From contig NC_087437.1 in NCBI RefSeq assembly GCF_036321535.1, positions 51,090,001 through 51,154,000 of the forward strand: a stretch of 64,000 nucleotides of DNA. The letters run 5' to 3'. The notes beneath the pieces are model-generated. The model made no database searches. It saw only the letters and a program-made list of their open reading frames with translations, and was not told the origin of the DNA. Origin of the DNA: Camelus dromedarius. Taxonomy: Eukaryota. Of this stretch, positions 13,655-27,078 are shown in pieces (position 1 is the first letter of the stretch; every line of letters begins with the position of its first letter). Both the position numbers and the translations under genes were made by a program.

Positions 13655-13813
13655 GTTCCCCTATATCAACCCCAAGTCCATCACCATTGCCTCGAACCCC
13701 AACCTCCACTCCAGTCCATGTGAAGCAAGGCACCTCCAGTTCTGTTATTAATAATCCTTATGTTATCGTGGACAAGCCAGGGCAGGTTATTGGAGCCACA
13801 ACTCCTACTGCAG
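13655..13813 (+). CDS. YEATS2: YEATS2 exon: (G)SPISTPSPSPLPRTPTSTP...ATTPTA
   Basis: Long T tract then aataaag|, donor CAG|gtgtgt, 159 nt. Confidence 0.95.
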
Positions 13814-15129
13814 GTGTGTGTTTGAACAGTATTTGTGCAATCCCAGAGATCTGATCTTTTTTGAAGATGAAATCCTAGCGTGACTTAGTGGCCATATAGT
13901 GGGAGAATGAACTCTTCAGCCATGAACAAGAGGAGGGAATATGTAAGAGTAACTCCAGTGCTGTTTTTCTAAGGGAAGATTTACTTTTTATAAGTTAAAT
14001 TTTTAGGAATTTACCCAAGTTTTCCTTCTTAATTTCTAAAGATTAAAAGTGAGCCATAATTAATTTTCTTTTAAAAAAAGTTGATTTTATTCTCATTTGA
14101 AGAGCATGTTTTTTGGACAACATGGCTATTAACTTTTCCAAATTAAGCTTAAAACAGGAATAGCTTTGTGAGCCATAGCTGTTTTTTTCCAGTGAAATAA
14201 AAAAATTATCTCTACTTTTCTGTGAATGAGATAAAATTTGAGTGTGGGAGGGAAACTGAACCTCTGCAGTTATTAACAACAACAACAACAAAACTCTAAT
14301 AGTAAGAATAAGAAGTCTTTGGATTCACCGTGTGTATCATCATAACCTCTTATAAACACAGAGTGCTTTTCAGATTTTTTTGAAGTACTTTCACTAACAT
14401 TATTTTTATTTATTCCCTTCAATTAAACTGTTTAAACACATGCTCCTAAATCTAAGGTTTCCTGTAGCTTTCACTTCTAATTAAGAGAAAGAGTGAAAAA
14501 AGAAATGATGATAAAGTAATGAGACTGATTTTTTTTTAACCTTATTTGTTTTTAACATACATTAATGTATGTTGAGCCTTTTGGAAAAGTTATGTCCTTT
14601 GACAATGATTATAATTGTGGAACTCCCTTAAAAAATGCTGCTTTTAGAGATTCCCTTTTGAATACATTAAGGATGCCAAGTAGGTGTCTTTTGAGGATGT
14701 TTAATTTTAGGAATCAGCCGATAGTCTTTGCAGGCAAGTTTGGTAGATGGAGTTAGTGACCAAGTACCATTTTTGATCTTGACCAAGTATCATTTTTGAT
14801 CTTGACTTACTGTTGACTGCAGATAATGTGACTTACTTTCATCCTAAAGGCAGTTTTACAGGTGGAGTATAAAATGTTTGATGTTGGCAGCATTTTAGAG
14901 TAGGTTTAACCTTCTAGTGAAACTGCTTTGAAGGAGCTAGCATTCACTTGAATTCATACACTTTGGCTATTGTTAGAGAACCAGCACCATTATGTTACAG
15001 GATCTCCTTTTATTTAAGTACAGAATATATGTCTACTTACTCATTCTTCTACACTTCATTACTAGCTTCTTGTCCCTTTTTAGGTTGGTGAAGGTCAGCT
15101 TCATATAATGAATCCTTACATGTTTTTTT

Positions 15130-15497
15130 CTCTTTTTTTTAAATTTGATTTTATTAAAGTATAGCTGATTTGCAATGTATTAGTTTCTGGTGTACAGCAA
15201 AGTGATTTAGTTATACATATATATATTCCTTTTTATATTCTTTTCCATTATGATTTACTATAGGATATTGAATGTAGTTCCCTATGCTATACACTAGGAC
15301 CTTGTTGTTTATTTATTTTCAATAGTTTGTATCTGCAAATCCCAAACTCGCAATTTATCCCTCCCCCACTTCCTTTTCCTTTTGTAACCATAAGTTAGTT
15401 TTCTATGTCTGAGATTCTGTTTCTGTTTTATAAGTTCATTTGTATCATATCTTAGATTCCACATGTAAGTGATATCATATGATATTTGCGTTTTCTC
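15130..15497 (-). mobile_element. Lineage-specific L1 3' end
   Basis: Poly-T followed by gtatagctgatttgcaatg...ttagattccacatgtaagtgatatcata. Same family as the 28316 and 39462 copies. Confidence 0.8.
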
Positions 15498-15646
15498 TAT
15501 AATAATTTCATGGCTGTGAGTTTTCAAATCCTTCAAAATGAAAAATTGTGGGGAGAAGGGGAGGGTGGAGGAAAATGGCTTTAAAATTCCATTTTGTAAA
15601 TTTTACTTTGTTTGTACTTTAACTTTAAATCTACCTTGCTTACTAG

Positions 15647-15750
15647 GAAGTCCTACCAGCAAGCTCTCTACTGCCTCTCAGGCCTCCCAAGGAACAGGTT
15701 CCCCAGTTCCTAAAATTCATGGAAGTAGTTTTGTGACATCTGCTGTCAAG
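15647..15750 (+). CDS. YEATS2: YEATS2 exon: (G)SPTSKLSTASQASQGTGSPVPKIHGSSFVTSAVK
   Basis: Acceptor cttactag|, donor AAG|gtaaca, 104 nt. Confidence 0.95.
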
Positions 15751-17202
15751 GTAACACTCTTAATTGCACTTTTGCTAGTTTCTAAAGATGGTTCATTTAA
15801 GTTCAGCCCGAATTTGTAAGTTGATAATGGAGATTTCATAAAGTACAATCTTCAAGCTAATAAAGATCATATACTCCAACCTCCCCTACCTTACCCTTGA
15901 TCTTTTCCTTGTGTAGAAGATGTTTCTCAACAGTCAGTCATTCAGTATCTATTTGAAAACTATGATTTTTTTTTTGGACAGTTTTGTTATAAATTTTTCT
16001 TTATAAAGTAATAATTCTTATCTTTGCACAGTGTTCCCCCCCCCCACCTTTTTCAGGTAGGCAGTCCTTTTGAAATTTACAACTCCAAATGTGATTTGAC
16101 TTGTTCAGATCAGAGTGCTCGATATCTGTTCACTGTTTGGCAAAAGGACAGTCACTGCCTGTTGGGTTAGTTATTCAGCTTATTTGTCATTGTCTTGGCT
16201 GCCTTAAGGCTAGAGCCTCTGAGGTAGAAACTCCTATTTGAGAATTCTGAGAATTCAGAGATCATCTTTTACATAACTAGTGCTAACACAGCATTTCTTA
16301 TACTTAGGCACTTAATGGTGATGTTATTAAATAGTTTCCTGGTCCAAGGAGAGGTTTTTCTCTAAATTCCGTGTCATCTGTGAGCACTGTGTTATGTGAA
16401 TGCCTGAACTGTAAGAATTCTCTTGAAGGTCTTAATTGTCTACCCATGTGTTTTTCATGTTTGTTGATGATCTTTTCGTTACGAAGTTAAGCAGTGTTCC
16501 TAACTTTGTTTCTTGCCCCTGACATGTATTTTTGGAAAATTGCCTCTGAGACTGACATTTTGTATTTGAGAATTAGAGACAGATGACGATAATTTTGAAT
16601 TTTGACCTTTGTTGTCTTTCCTTTTGCTAATTGTTCTTTATGTTGTGTGATTTTTAAAATTCTTACTGAAAAATTTCCCTCTGTGTCCTGGGTATTTATC
16701 TGGAGTAATGGTAAATGAAGTTATGAGTACTGTTAAAAAGGTGTATATACTGAAACACCTAAGTACCTTTTTACATTCATTTATTTATTTAGCGCCTAGA
16801 CCCTAGGGATAGAAAAGAAATAGGGTACAGTACCTGTCCTTTAGTAGCGTCTGGCAGGGGAACCAGACATGAAACCAACAAGTCAACCAGGTATTAGAGG
16901 TAATATGATAGTAGTCTTTGCAGCATATAGTGGGGCACAAATGAGTGGGTTCTTTTCAAGTTATAACCTTTCTTTGAATTGGTTTCTAAAATAATATGAA
17001 AATGCAGGTGTAAGGGCTTGGAAGATCCCAAAGAGTTTTGGGCTGTTTGTTTTGGTTTTTGTTTTTTATTTTTTCGGGTATGTATGTTGCTAGAGAATGT
17101 CACAGGTTTGTATTGAATGACATTTGTATTGAATGACACAGGTGAGTGTCTGAAATCACTCACTTTATCCTAATTGTACAATCTGTATTTTTACAAACAC
17201 AG

Positions 17203-17310
17203 CAGGAGGATTCTTTGTTTGCATCTATGCCACCTCTTTGCCCGATTGGGAGTCACCCTAAAGTTCAAAGCCCCAAACCTATAACTGGAGGACTCGGAGC
17301 TTTCACAAAA
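17203..17310 (+). CDS. YEATS2: YEATS2 exon: QEDSLFASMPPLCPIGSHPKVQSPKPITGGLGAFTK
   Basis: Acceptor acacag|CAG (tandem AG), donor AAA|gtgagt, 108 nt. Confidence 0.94.
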
Positions 17311-17801
17311 GTGAGTATTTATGAGAGGATTATTCCACAAGTCAGTATGGTCCTGTTATATCATCTTTTTTGTGGAGTGTTGGAGTTGCTTGATGCTACC
17401 CCACAACATGGAACTTTTTAGTACATCTCATTTCTAAGACCACATCCTACTTCTGAGACATGCTTCCACTGTTTTAGTGGTGTTCACGGGGCAGCCGTTG
17501 GAGTCCAGCAAGAAGGGAGCTTCACAGAGCACAGTGTGTTTCTCTCTGCTGCCATTTTGCCACCAATGTCTAAAACAAATCACAAGGTTGAGTTTGCAGA
17601 TACACAAGTTCACATCCCACTTTTTGTCCCTTTAATAGCTGTTGTGGGCTATAGTTAAGCAGTATTTTTATCCTTCTCCTGGAGTCATTCTAATAAGCCA
17701 GGCTTCATTAATTCATTAATTCCTGTGAACAGAATAGATCCAGATGTTAGTAGCATGTTTCATGGATGTTTATTCAGTGTCATTATCGTGTTTGTTGCAA
17801 G

Positions 17802-17984
17802 GTAATCATCAAACAGGAACCTGGCGAAGCTTCTCATGTGCCCACAACAGGAGCCACCAGCCAGTCACCACTCCCTCAATATGTGACTGTGAAAGGGGGT
17901 CACATGATAGCTGTGTCCCCTCAAAAACAGGTCCTGACTGCTGGAGAAGGGACTGCCCAGTCACCGAAGATTCAGCCTTCCAAG
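17802..17984 (+). CDS. YEATS2: YEATS2 exon: VIIKQEPGEASHVP...PKIQPSK
   Basis: Acceptor ttgttgcaag|, donor AAG|gtttgt, 183 nt. Confidence 0.95.
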
Positions 17985-18504
17985 GTTTGTGTTGGGTAGG
18001 GATGGGGAGATCAACATGTCAATGAAAATTGTTTGCCTAAATAATTGACAAGTACTGAAAAGATTAAGAGTTGCTGATCCCAGGAAAACCTGTGGGTGAC
18101 AGCCCCTTTGGAAAAGTAACTCAGATTATGTTAAACCCCTCTGCTCTTGCAGTAGTCACTGATGAACAAGGGCATGTTTTGCAGAGGGGCCAGGGACATT
18201 CACAGAGGCAAAGGGACACTATGTTATCGGCCTGGCAGGGAAGGTGATTGACATCATGGACACTACTTTCCACTTGATTCAAGTCTGAAATGGGTAACTG
18301 ACAGGACCGAGGTCCACTGTTTTACTTGTTTATTTCTGATAGGCGAGTGCTGTAGTTTGCACCTCTGATGTCCAGGCTGTGTGATGTCCAGGCTGTGTTT
18401 AATGGTTCTTGGCTCTTTAGAGAGTTTTATATTTTTTTTATAATTTGGAGGTGTGAGGAATTTATGTGTTGGGAGAACTATAAAATATCGGTCCATGTTT
18501 TCCT

Positions 18505-18710
18505 GCAACCATTGTGCTTAGGAGTGCCTAAGTATGTCATGCTCTTATTTATATAGTGTCTCTAATCCTCGAACAACTTTGCAAGGTATTTTCACTCCCA
18601 CTTTACAAATGATGAACCTGTGGCTCTGAGAGGTTAAGCAACTTCCCTGAGAGCCTCTAGCTAATAAATGACAGAATTTGAACACAGGTCTACCGGTTCC
18701 AAAACTCCCC
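18505..18710 (-). mobile_element. MIR SINE
   Basis: cccactttacaaatgatgaacctgtggctctgagaggttaagcaactt. Confidence 0.7.
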
Positions 18711-18959
18711 ATTCCAGAACTGTTAAAATTTGTGAGCCATTGTCTGTAACCTAAGCATGCTTTAAGAACATCCAGAGTTAAACTATCTCAATTTTAAGGC
18801 AGATACATTCTAAAGCTATTAAGAATATTATGTGAAGTACTTGTTTTTTAACTTTAAAATACAAAAGGTTTTAGATAGTTTGGTTACATATAGCTACATA
18901 TAGACTGAGAGGAAAACTCATAGGGTTATAGGCAGTTCTAAAATCTATAAGAGTTCACT

Positions 18960-19128
18960 AACTGCTTCCCAAAACTTACCTGGTCATCTGATGATTAAAA
19001 ATATATAGATACTGGGGCCCCCATCTCAGACTTATTGAATCAAAATCTTCTTGGGGGTCCTTCTTGGGGAATCTGGATTTTTAACAAGCTCTCCTACTGA
19101 CATATGGTTAGGCAAATTTAGGAACATT
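18960..19128. mobile_element. MER5-like hAT MITE
   Basis: ggggccccatctcagacttattgaatcaaaatct...gaatctggatttttaacaagctctcc. Confidence 0.6.
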
Positions 19129-19889
19129 AAAACTATAGCATTAAATTTGATTTTGAGACTTCCATAGCCAGAATCACTAAGACAGCTACTCCTGGTGCTG
19201 TCTCTCTCTCTCTCTTTTTTTTAACCTCAGGGATGAGCATTTTGTCGAAGTTCTTTCATGAATCAGTTATTGTCATCTGGACTTTGTACTCAGACACATC
19301 CTGTATATGTTCTTCAAAATCTATTTTACTTCACCTAGAAATATGTGGTATTACTCATTTAGGTCTTTGAATCAACAGAGCACTGCTATTTATGCTCAGA
19401 AGTTCTGATAAGTTGTCACTTTTGCCACTTTGCATTTTGCAAATCCACTCACGCAGTAATGCTGAACAACTGTATTAGCTTTCTTGTCACCCTGCCACCT
19501 ACCTAATGGCAGTGTAGTACCAAGAGAAAATAGATAGGTTTGTGCTTGAATGCCCTGAATAAAGTGTAAGAAAAGCTACAGAAGAGTGTGAAAAAATTAC
19601 AAAGAAGCAGCAGAGCAGGAGAAAAGGCATGTCTATCCAGGAAATTTAGTACATGCTTTGGACCTGAGATAAGGAGCTGTCTGCAAGCACAGACTGTCCC
19701 TAGTTATTGATGAGGTGCACTCTGAGAAACTGCCAGAAGACAGAAGGGCGAGCAGAATGGTACTGTTTTACCTTCCATGCAACTTTGGCACAGTAGAAAC
19801 ACGGCTTATCTTTTTCATGACAGTAGACAGAGGTTCTGCTTTTGACATGAAAAGAGACAGCTGAGGGATTAGTTGGTTGATGTGGGAGG

Positions 19890-20120
19890 GAAGCAGTGTG
19901 GAACAATAAAAAGAGCATGAGCTCTGGAATTAGAGCTTGTGACACATCTCAGTTCCCAGCCACTCATTAACTTGTGTGCGGTGGGCAAATTTACCTCTTT
20001 GAACCTTGTTTTTTCATCTAGTAAAAGAGAATAACACCCTCTGCCTTTCAGAGTTGCAAGAAAATTAGAAGTCATTGTGTATAAAGGATCATCCTTTATC
20101 AGTGATAGTAGCTAATATTG
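19890..20120 (+). mobile_element. MIR SINE
   Basis: gggcaaatttacctctttgaaccttgttttttcatctagtaaaa. Confidence 0.62.
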
Positions 20121-20885
20121 CTGTAAGAATGAGTCCTATGTATATATGCAGCAGTACCATGTATCAGTTACTATCGTTGAGAACTAAATTGTAAGGACTG
20201 TATTGTTCAGCATCTGGAGGGAAAATCACATATACAGAATTCTCACCTTCAGGTTGCTGAAGTAGATTCTGACTTGCAGAGGTCTGTACAAGGCACAGGG
20301 AGGGCAGGAATAGAAACACTGAATCAAAGCGTGAACCAAAATAAAGTATTTATAACAATACAGAATAAAGGTGTCTACTTGGTGAAGCTAGAAGGAGATT
20401 TTAAATGCAGAGAGAAGTGCTGTGAAAAGGGAAGAGGAGAACAGTTGGTAGGTGAGTTCAGGCTCTAGGCCAGAATGTTGTATTGTTTAAAATAAAAAAG
20501 CTAAGTTTGGGTTATAGTGTCCTACTTAAGAGACTTCATTGTGTCCATAGATAGCTGTGTGTAGGGTTTTCCCCAGAGTGCCAGACTTCCTCACTCTCCT
20601 CAGTGTTTTAGAATAAAACAGGCATTGGGGGTTGGGGGTGAAGTTATTCATCTTGTTAGTAGTTTGTTCCTGGTGGACAAGCTCTGCTAATAAAAACCTC
20701 CCTCCTGTGTCCATCCTAGGACACCATGTTTTATTTGGTTCTTAGAGAGATTGAGTGTGTCATATTCTGGACATTTTGAAGCAGTTGAGTGTGAGGATAG
20801 AGGTTGGCACAAAGAGGGAAAAGCAAATCAGATGCATAGGATTTGGGGAAAGAAATTAAAATAGATCCATGTATGTATGATTTTC

Positions 20886-21217
20886 TTTCTTTTTTTATTG
20901 AAGTTTAGTTGGTGTACAACATTACATAAATTACAGGTGCACAATATAGTGATTCACAATTTTTAAAGGTTATACTCCATTTGCACTTATTATAAAATAT
21001 TGGCTGTATCCCCTGTGTTGTTCAGTCTATCCTTGCAGCTTATTTTATATGTAATAGTTTGCACCTCTTAGTCCCCTGCCCCTGTATTGCCTTTCCCCCT
21101 TCCCTTTCCCCACTGGTAATCACTAGTTTGTTCTTTATATCTGTGAGTTTGCTTCTTTTTTGTCACATTCACTCGTTTGTTGCATTTTTAAATAGATTCC
21201 ACATGTAAGTGATATCA
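20886..21217 (-). mobile_element. L1 3' end, 5'-truncated
   Basis: ~18-bp TSD catgtat(g/a)tat(g/t)attttc at 20868 and 21218. Confidence 0.82.
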
Positions 21218-21364
21218 CATGTATATATTATTTTCCCCTTTAAGATCTTTGCTTTCTTTGTCAGTTTAGGGACATGTAAATAGATTACATGTATTTAGCT
21301 TATGCAGTGGATTATTAAGTTTGATATATTTGGGAAATGAAAAGACATCTCAGGAAAAAAGTTC

Positions 21365-21806
21365 AGCTACTATAACAGAGACATCCCCAAACCCGAAGCT
21401 TAAACAAGTTTATTTCTCTCAGACATAAAAGACCAGTAGATAGTTCTGTGTGTTGATTCCACAATCATCAAGAATCTAGATTCCATCTTCTTGCTCTGTC
21501 ATCCTCAGAATTTGGTTTTCAGGTTGTAGGCTGAGAGAGCCCCTTCATCTCATGCCACCATCTCATGTTTCTGACAAGCAGGCAGAGGGAAGGGAAAGGG
21601 GGTGTGGGGGAGAGGCATAACCCAGAAGTTGCACTCATCACTTCTGTTCACGTGTCTTTAGCCAGAAATCAATGTCAAACCTAGGTGTGAAGGGGTTGGG
21701 AAATATAATCAGTATTCTGTGTGTCCATGTTCCTAGCTGAAAGTTGGAAGCTGTTACTATGAGCAAAGAACAGATATTTGGGTTCAACTGGCAGTTTCTG
21801 TCACAC
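21365..21806. mobile_element. ERVL-MaLR solo LTR (MLT1-like)
   Basis: MLT1-type motifs gcttaaacaag...tttatttctctc and a terminal ggcagtttctgtcaca. Family assigned by eye. Confidence 0.55.
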
Positions 21807-22449
21807 CTCAAAAATGTTTTTCTGCATTAAGAAACATTTTTTTCGTAAATGCACAGAAAAGTTCTTGACTAGTAAGAAGAGTTTGTGAACCTCCATGTCT
21901 CTAGGGGGAGTGAGTGTGCCCAGCTCTTCAGCCACAGCAACACTGTTGCATGTAGAATGAGGCTCATATCATTGGAATAAAGAGATTTAGATAATTGTCA
22001 GGGATTGTTTTAACCAAGCCAGGATAGCTGGGAGAATTTCTCTTCTCCATTCTAGATGAACTTGCTTCCCCACCCCCCACTATTGGTTCTTTGATTCTTT
22101 TATTTCTTCCTTTTTTCTTTTTCTCCTTCCTTAAATGTACATAAAAGTGGAGAGACTATTATAATGAATCCTACATGCCCATTACCTAGTTTCATCAATT
22201 ATCAGCATTTTATTAATCTTATTTCTCTTCCTAGAATATTTTAAAGCAGATACCAGATGTTATCTGCTTTGATTTCTGTTTGACTAACTAAATCTAGGGT
22301 TTGAGGTCGTCTTGGCCAAATGCTGAAGACTGCGACAGATGTTTAACCTTTGGCTCTCTGTCCTCTCACTCCCCATGTAGCCTCATAGATTGCCATTCTT
22401 CAGTTACAGTAACAAGTGTCATGCTGGCCACAACTGTGATTTACTGTGT

Positions 22450-22645
22450 ACATCATGCTGGCTAGGTGTTTTATAAATTAATTCTTATTTATGCCTCTTG
22501 ATCTTAGGAGAGAAATATTATCATCCATATTGCATAGATGAGGCAGCTAAAGCTCAAAGAGGTTAAATAACTCCCCAGCTACTAACTGGTGGAACAAACT
22601 GGGAAGGCAGGTCTGACTGCTTATAAAAACCTATACTCTCTGCTC
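22450..22645 (-). mobile_element. MIR SINE
   Basis: atagatgaggcagctaaagctcaaagaggttaaataact. Confidence 0.65.
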
Positions 22646-22859
22646 TTTGTTACACTGGTTTGTAACAGTTGATTAAGAGATCATTTTCTTGACATCAGCC
22701 AAGTCCAAGCACATGGCAAGTGTATTTTACTGTATTCACATTTTTTGGAAAAGGACCATGTATAATTTAGTAATTATTTAACTTATAAATCACATTCATT
22801 AGTCACATATGGTTTATCATTTTGTTCTACTTCTACTTTTTAAGTAGTCCTGTTATTTT

Positions 22860-23900
22860 TTAATTTGGAAAGATTCTAAAATTTAGGTAAAATTCAGAGA
22901 ATAATATAATCAATACCCATATATCCCCCACCCTCAATTAACATGTTCATATTTACTTCAAATCATTTTTTTAATCCAAGTAAAATGTGACTGGTAAAGT
23001 TGAAGCCCACTTTGTTCTTCCTCAAAGCAACAGTGTCATGAATTTGGATGTGTGGCTTTCTAGACTGTACTTTTACTATATAAGTGCATAGCCATAAGTC
23101 ACATGTAACGCTCTTTGTGTGTTTTGAAGATTTACATTAAAAATATTTATATTTTTCTGCAACTCCCCTTTCACTCAATATTTGTACTTTCAAATCCTAT
23201 TGAAGCTGATATATATATACACACATATACATATATATGGTTCCAATTTTTTCATTTTTACTAATGTGTGCCATTCCATTGTCTTATACCACAGTTTATC
23301 CATTCCTCTATAGACATTAAGTATGTTCTTACATGTTGTAAACATTAAGATTGTTTATAATTTTTTGTAATTACAAGTAATGCTACCTTGGACATTCTGT
23401 ATTTATTTTTTTGTTTGTTTATTTGGGGAGAGGTAATTAGGCTTGTTTGTTTGTTTTTTAATGGAGGTACTGGGGATTGAACCCAGGACCTTGTGCATGC
23501 TAAGCACACACTTTACCACTGAGCTATCCCCTCTCCCCTGACATTCTGTGTTTATTCCCTTGAGCATATGCCTGAGATTTCTCTGGGATATATTCCTAAA
23601 AGTAAAATTGCTTACAGCAATGGGGTGTGTGATTCTCAATTTTAGTAGATATCCCAGTACCTCTCTGGAATGGCTGTTCAAATTTACCTTTCTACCAGTA
23701 GTGAACAGAAGGTCCTGTTTCCCCATTTCCTCTTGCCAGTTCTTGGTTTTGATCAGGCTTTAAAATTTTCCCCTCCAATCTGATGGCTGAAAAAGTATGT
23801 CCTACTTGATCTTTTTTGCCTTTGGAAGACACATCTTTTGCCATTTGTATAACCATAAAAGTCTTTTTATCTAGTTTCTGGTGAGAAGTTCTTTTTACAG
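22860..23900 (-). mobile_element. Old L1 (L1M/L1ME-like) remnant hosting the SINE at 23408
   Basis: Degenerate L1 3' motifs (ttatccattcctcta, gggatatattcctaaaagtaaaattgct). Confidence 0.55.
23408..23539 (-). mobile_element. tRNA-Ala-derived SINE (Vic-1-like, long tail)
   Basis: tRNA-Ala(AGC)-like head with A and B boxes. TSD gacattctgt(a/g)tttatt at 23391 and 23540. Confidence 0.88.
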
Positions 23901-24962
23901 AGTAAAAATTTTGGGAGTGGGAAACGCTGCCCCAATTTGACATTAATTACATTGTTTCTTCTAATTGAGCATCCTACTGTTGACTTTGTTTTAAAAGAGC
24001 TCCATAGAATTTTTTTCTTGAAAGAGTTCACTTTACAGTATTTTTAGAACCAGATATTTCTAACTTTCATAATTTGGGTGCTAGGATTTTTAAAATTTCA
24101 GTTAAATATTCTTCTAACTTTCAGTTTTTCTTTTTGTACCAAATGTCTGCCTTCAAGAAAAGGGAGATTAGAAGGGTATAGAAAAAGATCACTTTTCTTA
24201 AAAATCAGTTGGAAGAGGTGTGACTTGTTATACTATATAGTAAGTGGTGTGAATTCTTAGAAGTTCTAGAGATAAATAATTGCTTTGAATGGGGATAATG
24301 TAGAAGGGATTACTGAAGGGGTGGTATTTAAAAGTATGGTAGAGTTTATAGTTCATGTATGAGAGTGTTTATTGCATACTTTTGCATAATCTGAAGTTTA
24401 AAACTACCTACTATATCCATACGGTAGTGAAATGTTTACATAGATTATGGTATATCTATTTTACTGCATTATTTTTTGGTCATTTGAAAATGTTTTTGAA
24501 AAAATGCTAACATTGGAAATACTTGTAATATGTTTTATTTTTAAAATTACAAAACTATGCATAATTCTAATCTTTGTTTTAAAATGTACATTAAAAAAGA
24601 ATAAATACTACATTAAGAATATTAAGCAATTATTTCTGGATGAGTAGAATTTTTTCTTTATATTTCTTTATTTCCTAAGTCTTCTATAAAAAACACATAC
24701 TACTTTTTATCATTAAAATAAATTATAGATACTAGCTGGGTTTAAGACAAAAGCTGTAACTTTTTATTGTAATAGTATCTGAAATGTAAGAAATATTGCT
24801 GTTTACATCTATCATGGGTAGTGTTCCTAGATGATTGAATTAGACTCAATATATTATATCTAGGACTTTGTTCTTTGCTGGAACAGAGTGACCATGCTGT
24901 TTTAAGAGCTCTCAAAGGGCTGGGATAAGAAACACTGCTGGATTCTCTTCTTTTTTGAACAG

Positions 24963-25221
24963 GTTGTTGGAGTGCCAGTTGGATCTACTCTACCTTCAAC
25001 AGTGAAGCAGGCTGTGGCCATCAGTGGTGGCCAGATCCTTGTAGCCAAGGCCAGCTCATCTGTCGCCAAAGCAGTTGGTCCAAAGCAAGTTGTGACCCAA
25101 GGAGTTGCCAAGGCAATTGTGAGTGGAGGTGGAGGAACAATTGTCGCTCAGCCAGTGCAGACTTTAACCAAGGCTCAGGTCACTGCTGCTGGCCCTCAGA
25201 AGAGTGGGTCCCAGGGTTCAG
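24963..25221 (+). CDS. YEATS2: YEATS2 exon: VVGVPVGSTLPSTVKQAVAISGG...QKSGSQGS
   Basis: Acceptor ttttttgaacag|, donor CAG|gtaact, 259 nt. Confidence 0.96.
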
Positions 25222-25410
25222 GTAACTGATACTAACTGGGGGCTCTTTTAGCAGCAGCCCCTTCCAGAATGCTCTGTGCTAGTGATTGTATTTGCTAGTT
25301 GGTTCTGTCTAGGAAAACCTAGTAGGTTGACGTTATAAGGAGTATATAAAAACATGTTGATCTTTTTCATGTAATGTTTTACATAGAGGTCTGTAAGGAT
25401 TTTGCTTTAA

Positions 25411-25433
25411 GTGTGTGTGTGTGTGTGTGTGTG
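25411..25433 (+). repeat. (GT)n microsatellite, ~11 units
   Basis: Seen directly. Confidence 0.95.
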
Positions 25434-26946
25434 CGTTTTAAAAAGAATAGTAAAAATAAGAGGTACTTCTTAATACTGCCTTTTAAGTCTGAAGAATTCT
25501 CATTTGTCCTCATTTCTGTTTTGGATTATATATGACTTAAAATCTTGGTATGGTCATTTGCCAGCAGCATTTTAAGATACTTGATTAATGCATTCTCTAC
25601 TAAATGAAAGTTTAAACACTTTGTATTTTAGTCCTTGATGTACTGTTTTGGCGAGGGCATGAAAAAAATATACCTGAGCCATTAGATATTTAATAATTTT
25701 AAAGAACCTGAAGAATTATTGCAGTGAGTTGGAAGGATCGAAGGTAGTAGATGTCCAAAATAAATATTTCAGAGATCAAGAATTGCTGGTGATGACAAAG
25801 TTCATTTGTGGCATTAAAAATGTGAGATGGATTGGAAGAAATGATCTTTGGAGTTTGGAAGATCAAGCAGCTGAGAAGCCAGAGAATTAAATAAGTTGTC
25901 TACAGTGCTGTCACTGAGAAGGACAGTCTTTAGAATAGAGAGCAAGACTTTGAGTCAGGAGTCTGTCTTTATCAACTGAGGGGAAGTGGCTTGGGAGTTC
26001 AGTAAATGAGAGCAGAAAAGAGAGGGTAGGATGGTATAGCCAAATATGAGCCTCAAAAGAGCCAGGGCTTTTTTTTCTGGAGTGAGGTGTGATAATGGTC
26101 TGAAAGCTAAACTGGGGAGCAGGAAGGCTCCTCTCCTGGCCCTGGCCCTAAGATATTGAGGTAAGATAGAAAATAGCCCCTAGCTAAGGGGCTACTGGGA
26201 AAGTCTTATCTTCAAAGGACTAACAGATTTAATTACCACAAAAAGAGATAGTGTTCAAGGAGGTTGAGGTTCTGGAGGGCGAAATGATCACAGCAGGAAT
26301 TCCTAGGGGGCGTGGTGAAAGTGAGGGAAGGAGGAAGGGATGAGGAGGTGTGTTCAGATCAGGGACTGTTAGCCTTGTGGAGATGGGACTCCCAGTAGCG
26401 GGTGGCAGAGAGGTTTGTACTTCTGGTGTGGCTGCGATGCACAGTAGGGTACTGTGGGATTAGTTCTGGTCATAATGGAAAGGGATGGCACTCAGGTTAG
26501 TGTGAGTCCCTGATATCTGGGGTCAGCTTCCAGGCTTCCTGCTTCCCAAAACTTTGCACAGATAATGCACATATAGTCCAGCAGGTGGGAGGGGGCTGAG
26601 AGTCCTGTCCATGGCAACTCACGTGGTTCTAATAGGCTTCATTTCATGGAGATTTGAATTCACAGTAACTGCACAAAGTTCTCATGTTTAGAGGTTTTAC
26701 AGCCATGTGCATCGAGAAGTAAATTCTAAGGGGTGGGCACATACTCTTTGACATAGGTGAGACCTTAAAAGATGAATTACAGTTTCATGGTATATGTGCC
26801 ACTTGTTGATGCTAGCATTTTTTAGTTCTTAGAAAGTGAGGGAGGCTAGAAGTCTTATTTTGAATCAGTAGATTCATCGATTATTGGAAATTGACCATAA
26901 AGGGGCTTTAAATAAGTGGGAGGGAAACATGTATTTATCCATAGAG

Positions 26947-27078
26947 AGGGTGATTATTTCATTGATTGTCTAAACCACAGTCCTTTTGAGAGTAAAAAGA
27001 GTCACTATTAATAATTACAATGGGGCATAGGTATAAATTGTAACTGTTTGGGGCGAACCAGGACATATGGTTATCCTA
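26947..27078 (-). mobile_element. MER94-like hAT-Blackjack MITE
   Basis: Terminal inverted ends agggtga.../...ggttatcct and internal cttttgagagt...ctattaataattac, resembling recalled MER94. Confidence 0.65.

Noticed and set aside
23460..23535. tRNA-Ala gene
   Set aside because: The stems are mutated, there is an A-rich tail with a TSD, and related copies occur at 7945 and 36629. It is a SINE head.
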